A stretch of DNA of 64,000 nucleotides from Takakia lepidozioides (Eukaryota; Plantae; Bryophyta). Position 1 is the first letter of the stretch, and each line of letters starts with the position of its first letter. This document shows positions 1 through 11,590 of the stretch, piece after piece. Location: the NCBI GenBank assembly GCA_030704615.1, contig CM060733.1, forward strand, positions 56,482,001 to 56,546,000, read 5' to 3'. Below the pieces are notes generated by a model. It made no database searches, was not told the origin of the DNA, and saw only the letters and a program-made list of their open reading frames with translations. Made by a program: the position numbers and the translations under genes.

Positions 1-59
1 GTCAGTCACTCCAAACTATTAAAGGTTCACTCAACCAGCTAACTTGCAGAATTCAACAT

Positions 60-186
60 GGCCGATTCCAGGGCTGCCAGGCTTGCACAAGCATTGCAAA
101 TGCACACAAACACAATGTGCTTCCCCCATCATTTGCTCATAGGTCTCCAAAGCCTCCATCCCACGTCCCTGCCGTGCATACCCTGG
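60..186 (-). pseudogene. PLS-PPR gene fragment (left of element A)
   Basis: Sequence is near-identical in style to the PPR pieces at 2860-3300 (GYARQGRGMEALETYEQM..., CNACASLAALE); frameshifted and truncated. Confidence 0.75.
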
Positions 187-489
187 ACCAAGCTGACTCT
201 CCCAAGAACCTTGTAAACATCAGCGAGGACTTAAGTGCGCAGCAGTGATATGGCTTAGTGGGGCTTAGTGCTTGAGGGAAAAAAAAACATCGCATTGGTC
301 CATGAGAACCACCATGGTGCAGTTAAGCGAGCAGAGATTGAAACACGACCTGCTAAGACCAAGCTGACTCTCCCAAGAACCTTGTAAACATCACGAAGAA
401 TACCAAATCATGGTACTAACAGGAGCCAAAAGCCCACATTTGCAGGATGGACAAACTTCTTCACATCCTACATTAAGAAAAAGCCACAC

Positions 490-560
490 CCTGCGATTGC
501 GATTGTCCCACCATCATGAAGGATCTGTAAAAAACCTCATGCGAGCTCTGCTCCGTGCTA
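490..560 (-). pseudogene. OSB-like (organellar ssDNA-binding, WWDNR/PDF-motif) exon fragment
   Basis: Reverse strand reads ...DPS*WWDNRNRR followed by a GT donor; aligns at nucleotide level with 48145-48212 (+). Has a stop and a frameshift. Confidence 0.6.
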
Positions 561-1987
561 CAAATTCAGGGCCGAGTCTGATGAGAGGGCAAAACAGGCT
601 GAAATAGGTCGAAGAAGAAGGTGCCCTCACCACATTGTCGTCGACCTTGTGTCATGACCCATGGAGGATTTGACAGACCATGAACCCAAACGGACCTCTT
701 GTGTGTGCTGCTTGTGTCTGTAGTCAGGTAACGTCGGATTGTCCATGAGAACCACCACGGTGCAGCTGAGCGAGCAGAGATTGAAACGCGACCTGCTAAG
801 ACCAACTTGCACGAGGACTTGGTGTGCGCAGCAGCGATAGGGCTTAGTGGGGCTTAGTAAGGCTTAGTGCATGAGGGGAAAAAAAAGACAACGCGAGGAG
901 TTTGAACCCGCAACCCCGCGAAAAGCAGGAAGAGCCCTTACCAATACGCTACATGCACCCATTTGAAATTTTTCCGCAAAAGTATGTATATACTAGGGCT
1001 TCGCTTTGCTCCGCACTACTAGCGACGAATTCTGAGAACTATGTTCAATTTTTCACAAAAAAAGGGTGGGTCATCCCCACTGTGTTACATGCAGAGATCC
1101 CATGTTTTGTTTTTTCCTGGAAGAAAAATGGTGGATCTGCATTTCAACATTCAATTTTCACAAGCCGCATCAATCAATAACGACATATCCAAATACCCTT
1201 ACATTCACTGTATGAACTTTCAAGCATCCACCATGGGATTGGATCTTGGTGGGTTAAGGCTAGCTTTTGACAATATTCATGCAAGTTCGTCAAGGGCTCC
1301 ATCCAAAGCCACACCACGAGAAACAAACGAACATGTCCAAATTTAAGATGCTGAACAAACTTGTGCACAGGGCTGCCCCTCTCATCAAGCTCATTAAAAT
1401 TCGTATTCACTTCCATCTTCAAGCTTTGGAGAAGCTCCACCACCCCTTCAGTCAAGTGCAATTGTGAGCTGACTTCCTACCTATGCCGGGTAGACCCCAC
1501 TATCAGGAAATGGTGGATGGTCTGAGTAGCTACACAGATCAATGAATGAAGCAAGACACTAGCATCTTTCCAAGAAAACATACATCATACATCTCAACAG
1601 CCTCCCTGCCATACTCATGCGGAGCATATGCTGCAATCATGGTCCTCCATGAAACCACATCATGTTGTGTCATATTGTCACCTGCGAGATGCGGCGTAGA
1701 TGTTGGATAGCAGCACATAACCTGCATGGTGGTTGGGATCGCACTTGAGAAGAGATTTTGCTGCATGTTCTGCTACCTCCACATCCCCATGAATTCTGGC
1801 AACAGCAAGCAAGGTCCCTCAAACCAGAGCATCTGGTTCAATTGGCATTTTGTTGATGAACTCGTCTGCCTCATCTCATCGGCCTACACGGCCAAGAAGG
1901 TCTATGATGCAGCAAAAATGCTCCACTGTAGGAGTGAGGCCGTGATCTCTACTCATGGAACCAAACAAGTGGTGGTCTTCATCCACC

Positions 1988-2516
1988 AGGCCTACATGCC
2001 TACAAGCAGAGAGAAGAGAAACGAAGGTGATACCATCTCGCTTCAAGCCTTCCTGCTGCATCTGTTCAAATAGTTGGAAGGCCTCTGTACTACACCCATG
2101 CTGAGCATATCCTGCAATTATGGCATTCCATGCTGCTGAACCATATTTTCAAACACTTGACGTGCATCGTGAACACTCCCACATTTGGCATACATGTTAA
2201 CAAGGGCATTGTCCAAGTTAAGATATGACACAACCCCAGCTTTGTTAATATCAGCATGGACCCGCGTGCCCTTTTCCAGGGCCCCTAGACTGGCACATGC
2301 ATTGACAACAGAAACGAACGTGACCCTGTTCGGTGTCATCGCATCCAGTTCCATTTGCTTGTATCTTGAAAGCCTCTTCAGCATAGCCATGCTCAGCATA
2401 TCGTGTAATCATGGCATTCCATGAGACCACATCTCGTTCAGGCATTTTGTCGAAAACCTGACGTGCATCTTTTCCGCTCCCACATTTGGCGTCAAGAAGG
2501 CTGTTCTCCACTTTAA
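1988..2516. repeat. ~530-bp block duplicated at 5371-5900
   Basis: Near-identical copies that share the same lesions (LLDAKCG lacking MY; frameshift at EEAFKI-QANG). Confidence 0.9.
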
Positions 2517-3547
2517 TATCCTGCAATCATTGCACTCCATGAGGGCTTCACCACTTCCCCCATCATTTGTTCATAGGTCTCCAAAGCCTCCATCCCGTGC
2601 CCCTGCTGTGCATACCCTGCAAGCATAGCGTTCCACGACACCACATTTCTTTCAACCAGTGTTGAAAACTCCTTTCGCATCCTCGATCCACCCACATTTG
2701 GCATATGTCCATCAGGGCAGTGTTCAGGATGAATCTGGTGCAATTCCAGCATTGACGATGTCACCACGGACCTCTTTCCCATTTTCCAGGGCTCCCAGGT
2801 TTGCACACACATTGCAACCTTGGCTTTGATGATGTCACCATGCACCCTTTGCCCTTTTCCAGGGCTGCCAGGCTTGCACAAGCATTGCAAACGCACACAA
2901 ACATGATGTGGTCGCACTTCACCCCTTACCCATCATTTGCTCATAGGTCTCCAAGGCCTCCATCCCGCGCCCCTGCTATGCATATCCTGCAAGCATGGCA
3001 TTCCATGACACCAAATCTCATTCAGCCATACTGTTGAACACTTCATCCGCAGCTTTAATGCACCCACATTTGGCATACATGTCCACGAGGGTATTGTTCA
3101 GAATCACATCTGGTACAATTCCAGCTTTGGCGATGCAACCATGCACCTCTTTGCCCTTTTCCAGGGCTGCCAGGCTTGCACACGAACTGCAAACGCACAC
3201 AAACGTGATGTGGCTTCACCCCTTCCCCCATCATTTGCTCATAGGTCTCCAAAGTCTCCATCCCACGCCCCTGCTGTGCATACCCCTGCAAGCATCGCGT
3301 TCCACGACACCACATCTCGTTCAGCCATGGTGTTGAAATTAACTCCCTTCGTATCCTTAATGCACCCACATTTGGCATACATGTCCACCAGGGCAGTGTT
3401 CAGGATGACATCAGGTACAATTCCAGCTTTGGCGATGTCACCATGGACCTCTTTCCCCTTTTCCAGAGCTCCCAGGCTTGCACGCGCATTGCAAACACAA
3501 ACAAATGTGATGTGGTTGGGCTTCGCCCCTTCGCACAACATTTGCTC

Positions 3548-4220
3548 CTAGGTCTCCAAAGCCTCCATCCCGCACCCTTGCTGTGCATATCCTGCAATCA
3601 TTGCACTCCACGACACCACATCTCGTTCAGCCATACTGTCGAAAACTCCCTTCATACTTGTCCACAAGGGTATTGTTCTGAATGACATTTTGTACAATTG
3701 CAGGTCTGACAATGCACCCACATTTGGCATACCTGTCCACTAGGGCAGTGTTCAGAATGACATCTGGTACAATTCCAGCTTGGACGATGTCACCACGGAC
3801 CTCTTTCCCCTTTTCCAGAGCTCCCAGGCTTGCACACGCATTGCAAACACAAACAAATGTGATGTGGTTGGGCTTCACCCCTTCGCGCAACATTTGCTCC
3901 TAGATCTCTAAAGCCTCCATCCCGCACCCTTGCTGTGCATATCCTGCAATCATCGCACTCCACGACACAACATCTCGTTCAGCCATACTGTCGAACACTC
4001 CCTTCATACATGTCCACAAGGGTATTGTTCTGAATGACATTTTGTACAATTGCAGGTCTGACAATGCACCCACATTTGGCATACCTGTCCGCCAGGGCAG
4101 TGTTCAGAATGACATCTGATACAATTCCAGCTTGGACGATGTCACCACAGACCTCTTTCCCCTTTTCCAGAGCTTCCAGGCTTGCACACGCATTGCAAAC
4201 ACAAACAAATGTGATGTGGT
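3548..4220. repeat. 352-bp tandem duplication of a PPR unit
   Basis: ORFs 3548-3730 and 3900-4082 are near-identical and offset by 352 bp; both carry the same insertion (attgcaggtctgac). Confidence 0.9.
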
Positions 4221-4224
4221 CGGG

Positions 4225-5037
4225 TGACGCGGAGTTTATCTCTTCGCACCAGAAGATGGACATGGCGAGCATATTTTGTAAGATAGATTGTTTCCTCCAT
4301 TGCAGTATCACCCCCTCCCACCACTGCGAGTTCCTGCCCTTTGTAAATAGGGGATGCTCCATCACAGATAGCACACGCACTGATGCCCCTACTCCAAAAT
4401 TCATGCTCCCTTGGCAAACCTAGCCTCTTAGTTGTTGCGCCCGTAGCAATTACAATACTGTGGCACTTCACCTGAAGCCAATTGCTTCTGAGCATAAGCT
4501 CAGGTCTAACAACATTCGACCAGTTGATTATCATACTAATCTGTTGTAAGCATTGCAACGGAGCAAGGAGGGAGCATGACATCACACACTATGATTGTCT
4601 GTTAGGAAAGGATCACAGCATTTGAGGGAAGACACAGTTATCTGAGGGGCAAAAAAGACAGAGCAAGAGGTCTGGATATCTGCTTTCTTTGCAAGTACAT
4701 GTGAGTACATGTCAAACAAGCGAGGAGAACACGAAACCAAAGAAAGAGGTTGCAAAGGGCGTTACTGTACCATGTCTGTAGGAACCAAAAGCAGCCTATA
4801 GTCACCTATACTCATAATGACTTAGATGAATCAACAAGCTAATTTATATAATTTGAAGCACATTGATGTCTAGACACAGAGTTTTGTCTGGTTCCATGCA
4901 ACCACGTATACAAGCTCAGATGCATCCGTACCTCACGTTCACTAGTTCTGACTGTGAAGGGTCGATTCTTAACATCAACAAACTCAACATCTTATGTAAA
5001 TAGCTCCGCCCCCCATCGCTCTGCTTGCCTTTTCATC
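4225..5037 (-). pseudogene. NTRC: Captured two-exon fragment of NADPH-dependent thioredoxin reductase C
   Basis: Exon 5037-4932 reads [34 protein letters not shown] (premature TAA at 4992-4994). A GT-AG intron follows. Exon 4471-4225 reads [41 protein letters not shown], the NTRC-type CAIC site. The fragment is fused directly to PPR sequence. Confidence 0.85.
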
Positions 5038-5370
5038 CTGAAGCCATGCACAGCAAACCAGAATGTTAGCAAATTGGACCTTAGGTGAGGTGCTAAGCAG
5101 AAATGCATGAAGGAAACAACAACAGTAGCTGCTAGATGGTGTTGAAACTTGATTGTCACCAACTTCCCTGCCCCAGTTATCATCTATATATGCCTACGTA
5201 CAGGTCCATTCAGCCCTTCTAGAAAACACAACCAAAGAGAGTTCTCTTGTCCTTTTGGAGGCCCGTGACTCTCTTCTTAGGCCCACTCTCCCCTAGTACA
5301 CTCCAGCACACAGAATGTGGCAACTACAAACCCCGCAAGCACAATACCCTGGCCCCCTCTCTGGGCACTC

Positions 5371-6380
5371 TGGCCTACATGCCTACAAGCAGAGAGAAGA
5401 GAAACGAAGGTGATACCATCTCGCTTCAAGCCTTCCTGCTGCATCTGTTCAAATAGTTGGAAGGCCTCTGTACTACACCCATGCTGAGCATATCCTGCAA
5501 TTATGGCATTCCATGCTTGCTGAACCATATTTTCAAACACTTGACGTGCATCGTGAACACTCCCACATTTGGCATACATGTTAACAAGGGCATTGTCCAA
5601 GTTAATATATGACACAACCCCAACTTTGTTAATATCAGCATGGACCCGCGTGCCCTTTTCCAGGGCCCCTAGACTGGCACATGCATTGACAACAGAAACG
5701 AACGTGACCCAGTTCGGTGTCATCGCGTCCAGTTCCATTTGCTTGTATCTTGAAAGCCTCTTCAGCATAGCCATGCTCAGCATATCGTGTAATCATGGCA
5801 TTCCATGAGACCACATCTCGTTCAGGCATTTTGTCGAAAACCTGACGTGCATCTTTTCCGCTCCCACATTTGGCATCAAGAAGGCTGTTTTCCACTTTAA
5901 TACACGAAGAAATTCCAGCTTTCATTATGTCAACTGGACCTCTTCGGCCTTTCCCAAGTCTCCTACACTGGCACATGCATTGAGAATGCAAATGAATGTT
6001 ATGTTGTTGGGCATAACCCCTTCCTGTTGCATTTGCTCATACATTTTGAAAGCCTCTGTACCAGATCCATGTTGAGCATATCCTGCAATCATTGCACTCC
6101 ATGAGGGCTTCATTTGCTCACACGTCTCCAAAGCCTCCATCCCGCGCCCCTGCTGTGCATACCCTGCCCCTTCATGTTGCATTTGCTCGTAGGTCTCAAA
6201 AACATCCCTGCTGCACCCATGCAGAGCACATCCTGCAATCACTGAACTCCAAGGGACAATATTTCATTTTGCCATATTGTTGGAACTTGACATGCATAGT
6301 TCATGCTCCCACATTCGGCATACATGTCAGCAAGGGCAGACTCCAGTAAGCGCTAATCCAGTTTTAACAAGGTCAGCGTG
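5371..6380 (-). pseudogene. PLS-PPR fragments (5' cargo of element A)
   Basis: PPR motifs in ORFs 5277-5783, 5635-5991 and 5925-6242, with internal deletions. Confidence 0.88.
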
Positions 6381-6777
6381 GATCTCTAAGCAGGCAGAGA
6401 TTGAAACACGGCCTGGCAAGACCAAGCTGACTCTCGCAAGAACCTTGTAAACATCAGGACGAATACCAAATCATGGTACTAACAGGAGGCAGAGATTGAA
6501 ACATAGCTTGGCAATAACCTGCTGTGTGTGCTGCTTGTGTCTGTAGTTAGATAATGTGGGATCGATCTATGAATCTGGACCCACACTCGATCCCTGCTCC
6601 TTCAGCTATCCATGCCTCTGCTTGCAAGGTGAACGATGGCGGTAAACGCAGAGCGCCTGCAGTTCAAGAAGATCAAGATCCGGGCATTGCGGGCAATTCC
6701 AAAAACGTTGGCGCGGCGATTTCTATTGGTCTATTTCTCGCGGGCCGTCCGGGCAGATTCCAAAGAAATTAACGACG

Positions 6778-6875
6778 ACGATGACCTGGCTACGATGACG
6801 TGTCTACGATGACATGGCGACGATGACGTGACGACGATGACGTGTCTACGATGATGTGGCTACGATGACGTGGCA
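6778..6875. repeat. 7 x 14-bp tandem repeat ACGATGACGTGGCT near the 5' end of element A
   Basis: Units start at 6778, 6792, 6806, 6820, 6834, 6848 and 6862; the consensus contains TGACGTGG. Confidence 0.92.
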
Positions 6876-7221
6876 CTATGGCACCCTATTCCTGCTCTAC
6901 GCTAAACTAGCTTCCGACCTTGGGTCGTCGCTAGAACTAGGGCTACACGTTGCTCCACACTACTAGCGACGAATTCTGAGAACTATGTTCAATTTTCACA
7001 AGGGCGGGGTCATCCGCATGGTGTTACATACACACATCCCAGGTTTCATTGTTTCACACAAGAAGAATGACGGAGTGTTGCTGAAGCTATCCGCCTTTCA
7101 TTGTTTGATGCAGATAAAATTATTCTTCCATGAAGGCTTTGTTTGAACTATACGACATATTTGCTACCATAGGTACCCAATGATGTGTTCAATGTGACTT
7201 TTATGACAAAATAGTTATGTT

Positions 7222-7448
7222 TTATTTTAAGGGAAACACCTGCGTGCGACAGCTCACAAATCACACCCCTTGATAGTGAGGAGAAAATAACCTCAAACCT
7301 CGCCATGAAGGCTTTTTGATGGGACACTGCCCAAGGGTAGTGGGAGAAGATTAGGAGAAGAGCATACCACACCCGTCAAGTAGCAGGATTTGATCCCAGA
7401 ATCATCTGGGTGGCAGCAGTGCAGTAACCAACTGTGCTACTGACTCTT
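7222..7448 (-). mobile_element. tRNA-derived SINE (family 1)
   Basis: A-box-like TAGCACAGTTGG and B-box-like GGATCAAATCC; body is homologous to the copy at 50661-50895. Confidence 0.75.
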
Positions 7449-8049
7449 GGTAATAGTTATTGTTTTGAAAATATCAAGGTGCCACTGGCACCCCAACAAT
7501 TTTTCAAATCTCAATAAAGTCAATAATAATAATAATACCCTGACCCAGCGGGTAAATCTTTTCACAAAATTCAGGTTACCCTTTAGATACCACCATACAA
7601 AGAGATTAGGCTTACATTGGAAGAAATCTGAGAACCACAGAAAGTTATGTGTGCTTATCATTTTTGTATATTTGGATATGTTTGTAGGCATTGCCACAGC
7701 CTTTTGCAGTTTGCTGCTTGTTCTAATCTAAATTACAAAACAGCCTGTTAGAGCAGTGTTGCAATAATACTTTTGGAGTTGCACATGGAGAGAGTCAGTT
7801 GGTTCATGTTCGTTGCTCATTACCATATCACAAGCCTGTGCTTGATCACCTAAGTAGGTCAGGGTTTGTTACAGCCCAGCTAGAGTAACCTCTCCACTGG
7901 TGGCTGCACTGTGGCTCTATACAATTACCATCTACTATGAGAATGCAACCACTAACCTTGAGAGTTGCCAATGCATCAAACTATACGCTGGCAATCAGAT
8001 TATGTAAGTAGCATTTAACGTACCCAAAAGTGCCCATCACACGCGTTGA

Positions 8050-10460
8050 TACATAGCCATGAACTTTGCAGGCACTAAGCATGGCCCTCCACACCCCAAC
8101 ATCTGGTTGCAGCATGGACATCTTTACCTGTCTCCTGGGCACCCCAGGCTTGCACACAGATTGAGAACACAATTGAACGTGACCTTGTCTGGCATCACCC
8201 TTTCCCCCATTATTTGCTCATAGATCTGAAGAGCCTCCCTGCCACTACCATGTTGAGCATATCCTGCCATCATGGTGTTCCATGCCACCACATCTTGTTG
8301 AGTCATTTTGTCAAAGGATAAGCATAGGATAAGCATAGGATAAGCAGATCAAGCTCGCAAATTTCTGAAGGGGAAGTTGTCATTCAAGTTTGTTGAAGCC
8401 AAGATTGTCCGTCGATCTAAGCTGCAAATACTGTTGAGCCTCTCCGTCGCTTAGTTCGTTCATGGCACACGCTGAGCCTGATTTGATCCTGGCCCTGTAC
8501 ATGCAGTCACCACACATCCAAAGGTTCTTGATGATGCCGATAGGCGTCCCAGAGGGTGTGCTTATCATCCAAAAAGCAATGGCCAGCTTCTCACTGAGGT
8601 GGCAGAGAGAAAATTCCTTTTGCTGCTCTTCCACATCGTGCAATACAAAACGAGTGTCTGGTCCGGCATGTACCCGGTTTTCTCCATCTGCTCAGAGACT
8701 CTCTTCAGCTCAGCATGGATTTCCCCCATTTGTGGATGCAGTTTGTCTTCTGCAACAAAGGTATGCACCCGGTTGTCCACCTCAATACAGCTATGCCCTG
8801 GCTCCTTTCCTACATCTCTCTTGTGCACCATTTTCCTGACCTTTGCTGTGTCAGCCCACCTGCCAGCTGCATCATAGATGTTTGATAGGAGCACATAAGT
8901 TGCAAAGTGTTGTGGATTGCACTTGAGAATGCATGTCGTTGCATGCTCTGCTTGCTCCACATTGCCATGAATTCTACATGCACCAAGCCAGGCACCCCAC
9001 ACCGTAGCATCTGGTTTAATTGGCATCTTACTAACTCTGCCTCATCCAATCGCCCTGCACGGCCAAGAAGGTTCACCATGCAGCCAAAGTGCTCCAGGGT
9101 AGGAGTGAGACTATGGTCTTGACTAATGGAAACAAAGTAGTGAAAGCCTTCATCCACTAGGTCCACATGGCTACATGCAGACAAAACACATATAAAGGTG
9201 ATACCATTTTTCTTCAAGTCCTCCAGTCTCATGTGTTCAAATAGTTGCCCGTACCCCATACTGGGCATATCCTGCAATCATCGCATTCCATGAGACCAAA
9301 TCTCGTTCGCACTTGGCATACATGTTCACAAGCGCAGTCTCGAGAATGATGGCTGATGCAATTCCAGCTTCTATAATGTCAGCATACACCTCTTTTCCCT
9401 TTCCCAGGGCTGCCAGGCTGGCACAAGCATTGAGCACACAGATGAATGTGACCTTGTCGGGCATCAGCCCTTCCCCTCGCATTTTCTCATACATCTCGAA
9501 AGCCTCCTTACTGAAACCATGCTGAGCATATCCTGCAATCATTGTGTTCCATGAGACCAAATCTCATTCAGCCATGTTGCCAAACACTTGGCACGCATCC
9601 TTCAGGCTCCCGCATTTAGCATACATGTTCAGTAAGGTATTCTCCAAATTAATATATGACCCAGTTCCAGTTTGATAATGTCAGCATGTACCCTTTTGCC
9701 CTTTTCCAGGGCACATGCATTGAGAATGCAAATGAAGGTGACCAAATCAGGGGTCACCCCTGCCTGTAGCATTTGCTCATAGATCTCAAAAGCTTCCTTA
9801 CCAAACCCATGCTGAGCATATCCTGCAATCATCGCACTCCAGAACAAATCCCATCTTCAAAGTGGTGGAAGTGGTTAGTGTCCCATACAAAAATTGCTCG
9901 ACCAACAATCTTTGAGATGTGTGGCAGTCACCACACACTCGAAGATTCTTGATAAGACGGAGAGGCGTCCTAGGGGTCGTGCTGATCAGCCCAAAACCAT
10001 TGGCCAGCTTCTCACTGTGGTGGCAAAGAGAAAACTCCTTTTCGCTCATATGTCTCCAAAGCCTCCCTACCAACTCCATGCTGGGCATATCCTGAAATCA
10101 TTGCACTCCAGGAGAGCACATCTCGTTCAGCCACCAGGCTGGCACATGCATTGAGAACGCACACAACCGTTACCTGGTTGGGCATAACCCCTTTCTGTTT
10201 TGCTCATAGATCTCCAAAGCCATTTTACCACATCCGAGCTGAGCATATCCTCCGATCATCGCACTCCATGAGACCACATTTTGTCGAGCCATATTGTCAA
10301 ACACTAGATGCACATCTGTCATGTTCCCAAATTTGGCATAATGTTGGCAAGGGCAGTTTCCAGGACGATATTTGGCTCAATTCTGGCTTTGATAATATCA
10401 GCATGGATCTTTTTGCCCTTTTCCAGGTCTGCTAGGCTGGCTCATGCATCGAGAACGGAA
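8050..10460 (-). pseudogene. PLS-PPR-E-DYW fragments with two partial DYW deaminase domains
   Basis: 9026-8500 reads KEPGHSCIEVDNRVHTF..CHLSEKLAIAF..KNLWMCGDC. 10040-9845 reads [42 protein letters not shown]. Both are interleaved with PPR motifs and frameshifted. Confidence 0.9.
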
Positions 10461-10613
10461 AATCCAAGCACCATGTGCTTGGAAGTTGGCAATTAGGTGT
10501 GGCTTCAAATGTGTGGAAAACATGTCCAATAATGCACAAGCTACTAATATTGTGATAAACTGTCCACTCATCTGAGCAGCTGTAAAAGACAAGCCAATAT
10601 GAGCACTCCTTAC

Positions 10614-10707
10614 CCATTGGATCATAGTGTGGACCGCATCCTTAAAGAAATCATCTGAGGGCCGCTTTCCTGTGAGAATCTCCAGGAGCACCACACCAAA
10701 GCTGTAC
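10614..10707 (-). pseudogene. Receptor-like kinase exon fragment (subdomains IX-X)
   Basis: YSFGVVLLEILTGKRPSDDFFKD..IQW followed by a GTAAGG donor. Confidence 0.7.
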
Positions 10708-10884
10708 AAGATGAAAAAACTTACATTATGAAACCACCACTGTGAAGCATCTGAGAAAAACTCCAGCCAGAGCTGTTTGTTGCTCATTGCTTGATCTGCG
10801 TGCAGACACTACAAGAGCATGCGAGCTCTGTCATTTCCCTTACTCCGAGGAAAATCCTGGTAGGCATTACCCCCTAAACACATT

Positions 10885-11590
10885 TTATTCAGCCGTATTC
10901 TCAAACACATCAGGCACATACCCAGCCTCCTTCATCTGCCCAGACAATCTGCTCAGCGCAGCATGGATTTCCTCAATCTGTGGATGCATTTTGCCATCCA
11001 CAATGAATGTATGCACTTCGGTGTTTACCTCAATGTAGCTGCGACCTTGCTCCTTCTGCACACCTCTGGCCTTCATCATTTTCCAAACTGATGTGGGCAT
11101 CGTCCCACCTGCCAGCTGCAGCATGGATGTCTGATAGCAACACATAAGTTGCGGCATCTTGTTCATCCCACTTGAGGATAGATGTTGCCGCACGTTCAGC
11201 CATCTCCACATTGCCATGGATTCTGCAGGCACCAAGCAAGGCCTTCCACACCACAACATCTGGATTGATTGGCATTTTATTAATCAGGTCCACTGCCTCA
11301 TCCAGTTGTCCCGCACGTCCAAGAAGGTCCACCATGCAGCCAAAGTGCTTTACTGTCGGAGTAACACCATGATCGAAGTAGTGTCTTCCTTCATTCAGTA
11401 GGCCAGTGTGGCTGCATGCAGAAAGAACACATATAAAGGTGATACTGTCCGGCTTCAAACCGTTCTTTTACATTCCTTCAAATAGTTGCAGGACCTCCCT
11501 ATGACAACCATGCTGGGCATATCCTGCGATCATCAAATACCCACAACACCACATTTCGTTCAGTCACATTGTCAAATACTCCCTTTGCCC
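10885..11590 (-). pseudogene. PPR L2-S2-E-E+ fragment
   Basis: KPDSITFICVLSACSHTGL..HFGCMVDLLGRAGQLDEA..WKALLGACRIHG..EAGYVPD; contains a frameshift. Confidence 0.9.

Larger units (their letters stand above)
1540..4222 (-). pseudogene. Mosaic of PLS-class PPR and E-domain fragments (cargo of element A)
   Basis: Repeated [14 protein letters not shown] / [23 protein letters not shown] / LVDMYAKCG motifs and an L2-S2-E piece (EHFCCIIDLLGRVGR); many stops and frameshifts. Confidence 0.9.
993..6936 (-). mobile_element. Non-autonomous Helitron/Helentron-like element A carrying captured gene fragments
   Basis: On the minus strand it starts TTCTAGCGACGA (6936-6925) and ends TCGTCGCTAG-TAGT-GCGGAGC-AAA-GCGAAGC-CCTAG (1028-993) followed by T. 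It has a 10-bp asymmetric subterminal inverted repeat and no TSD. Both terminal regions are homologous to element B. No Rep/helicase ORF. Confidence 0.75.

Noticed and set aside
885-955. tRNA gene on the minus strand
   Set aside because: A and B boxes are present, but I could not form an acceptor or anticodon stem; more likely a SINE-like or TE-derived relic.
6778-6875. CRISPR-like array
   Set aside because: The units are contiguous 14-mers without unique spacers, the context is eukaryotic, and there are no cas genes.
8500-10040. U-to-C (KP/GRP-type) editing factors
   Set aside because: The motifs seen are the PG box, HSEK and terminal DYW, i.e. the canonical type.
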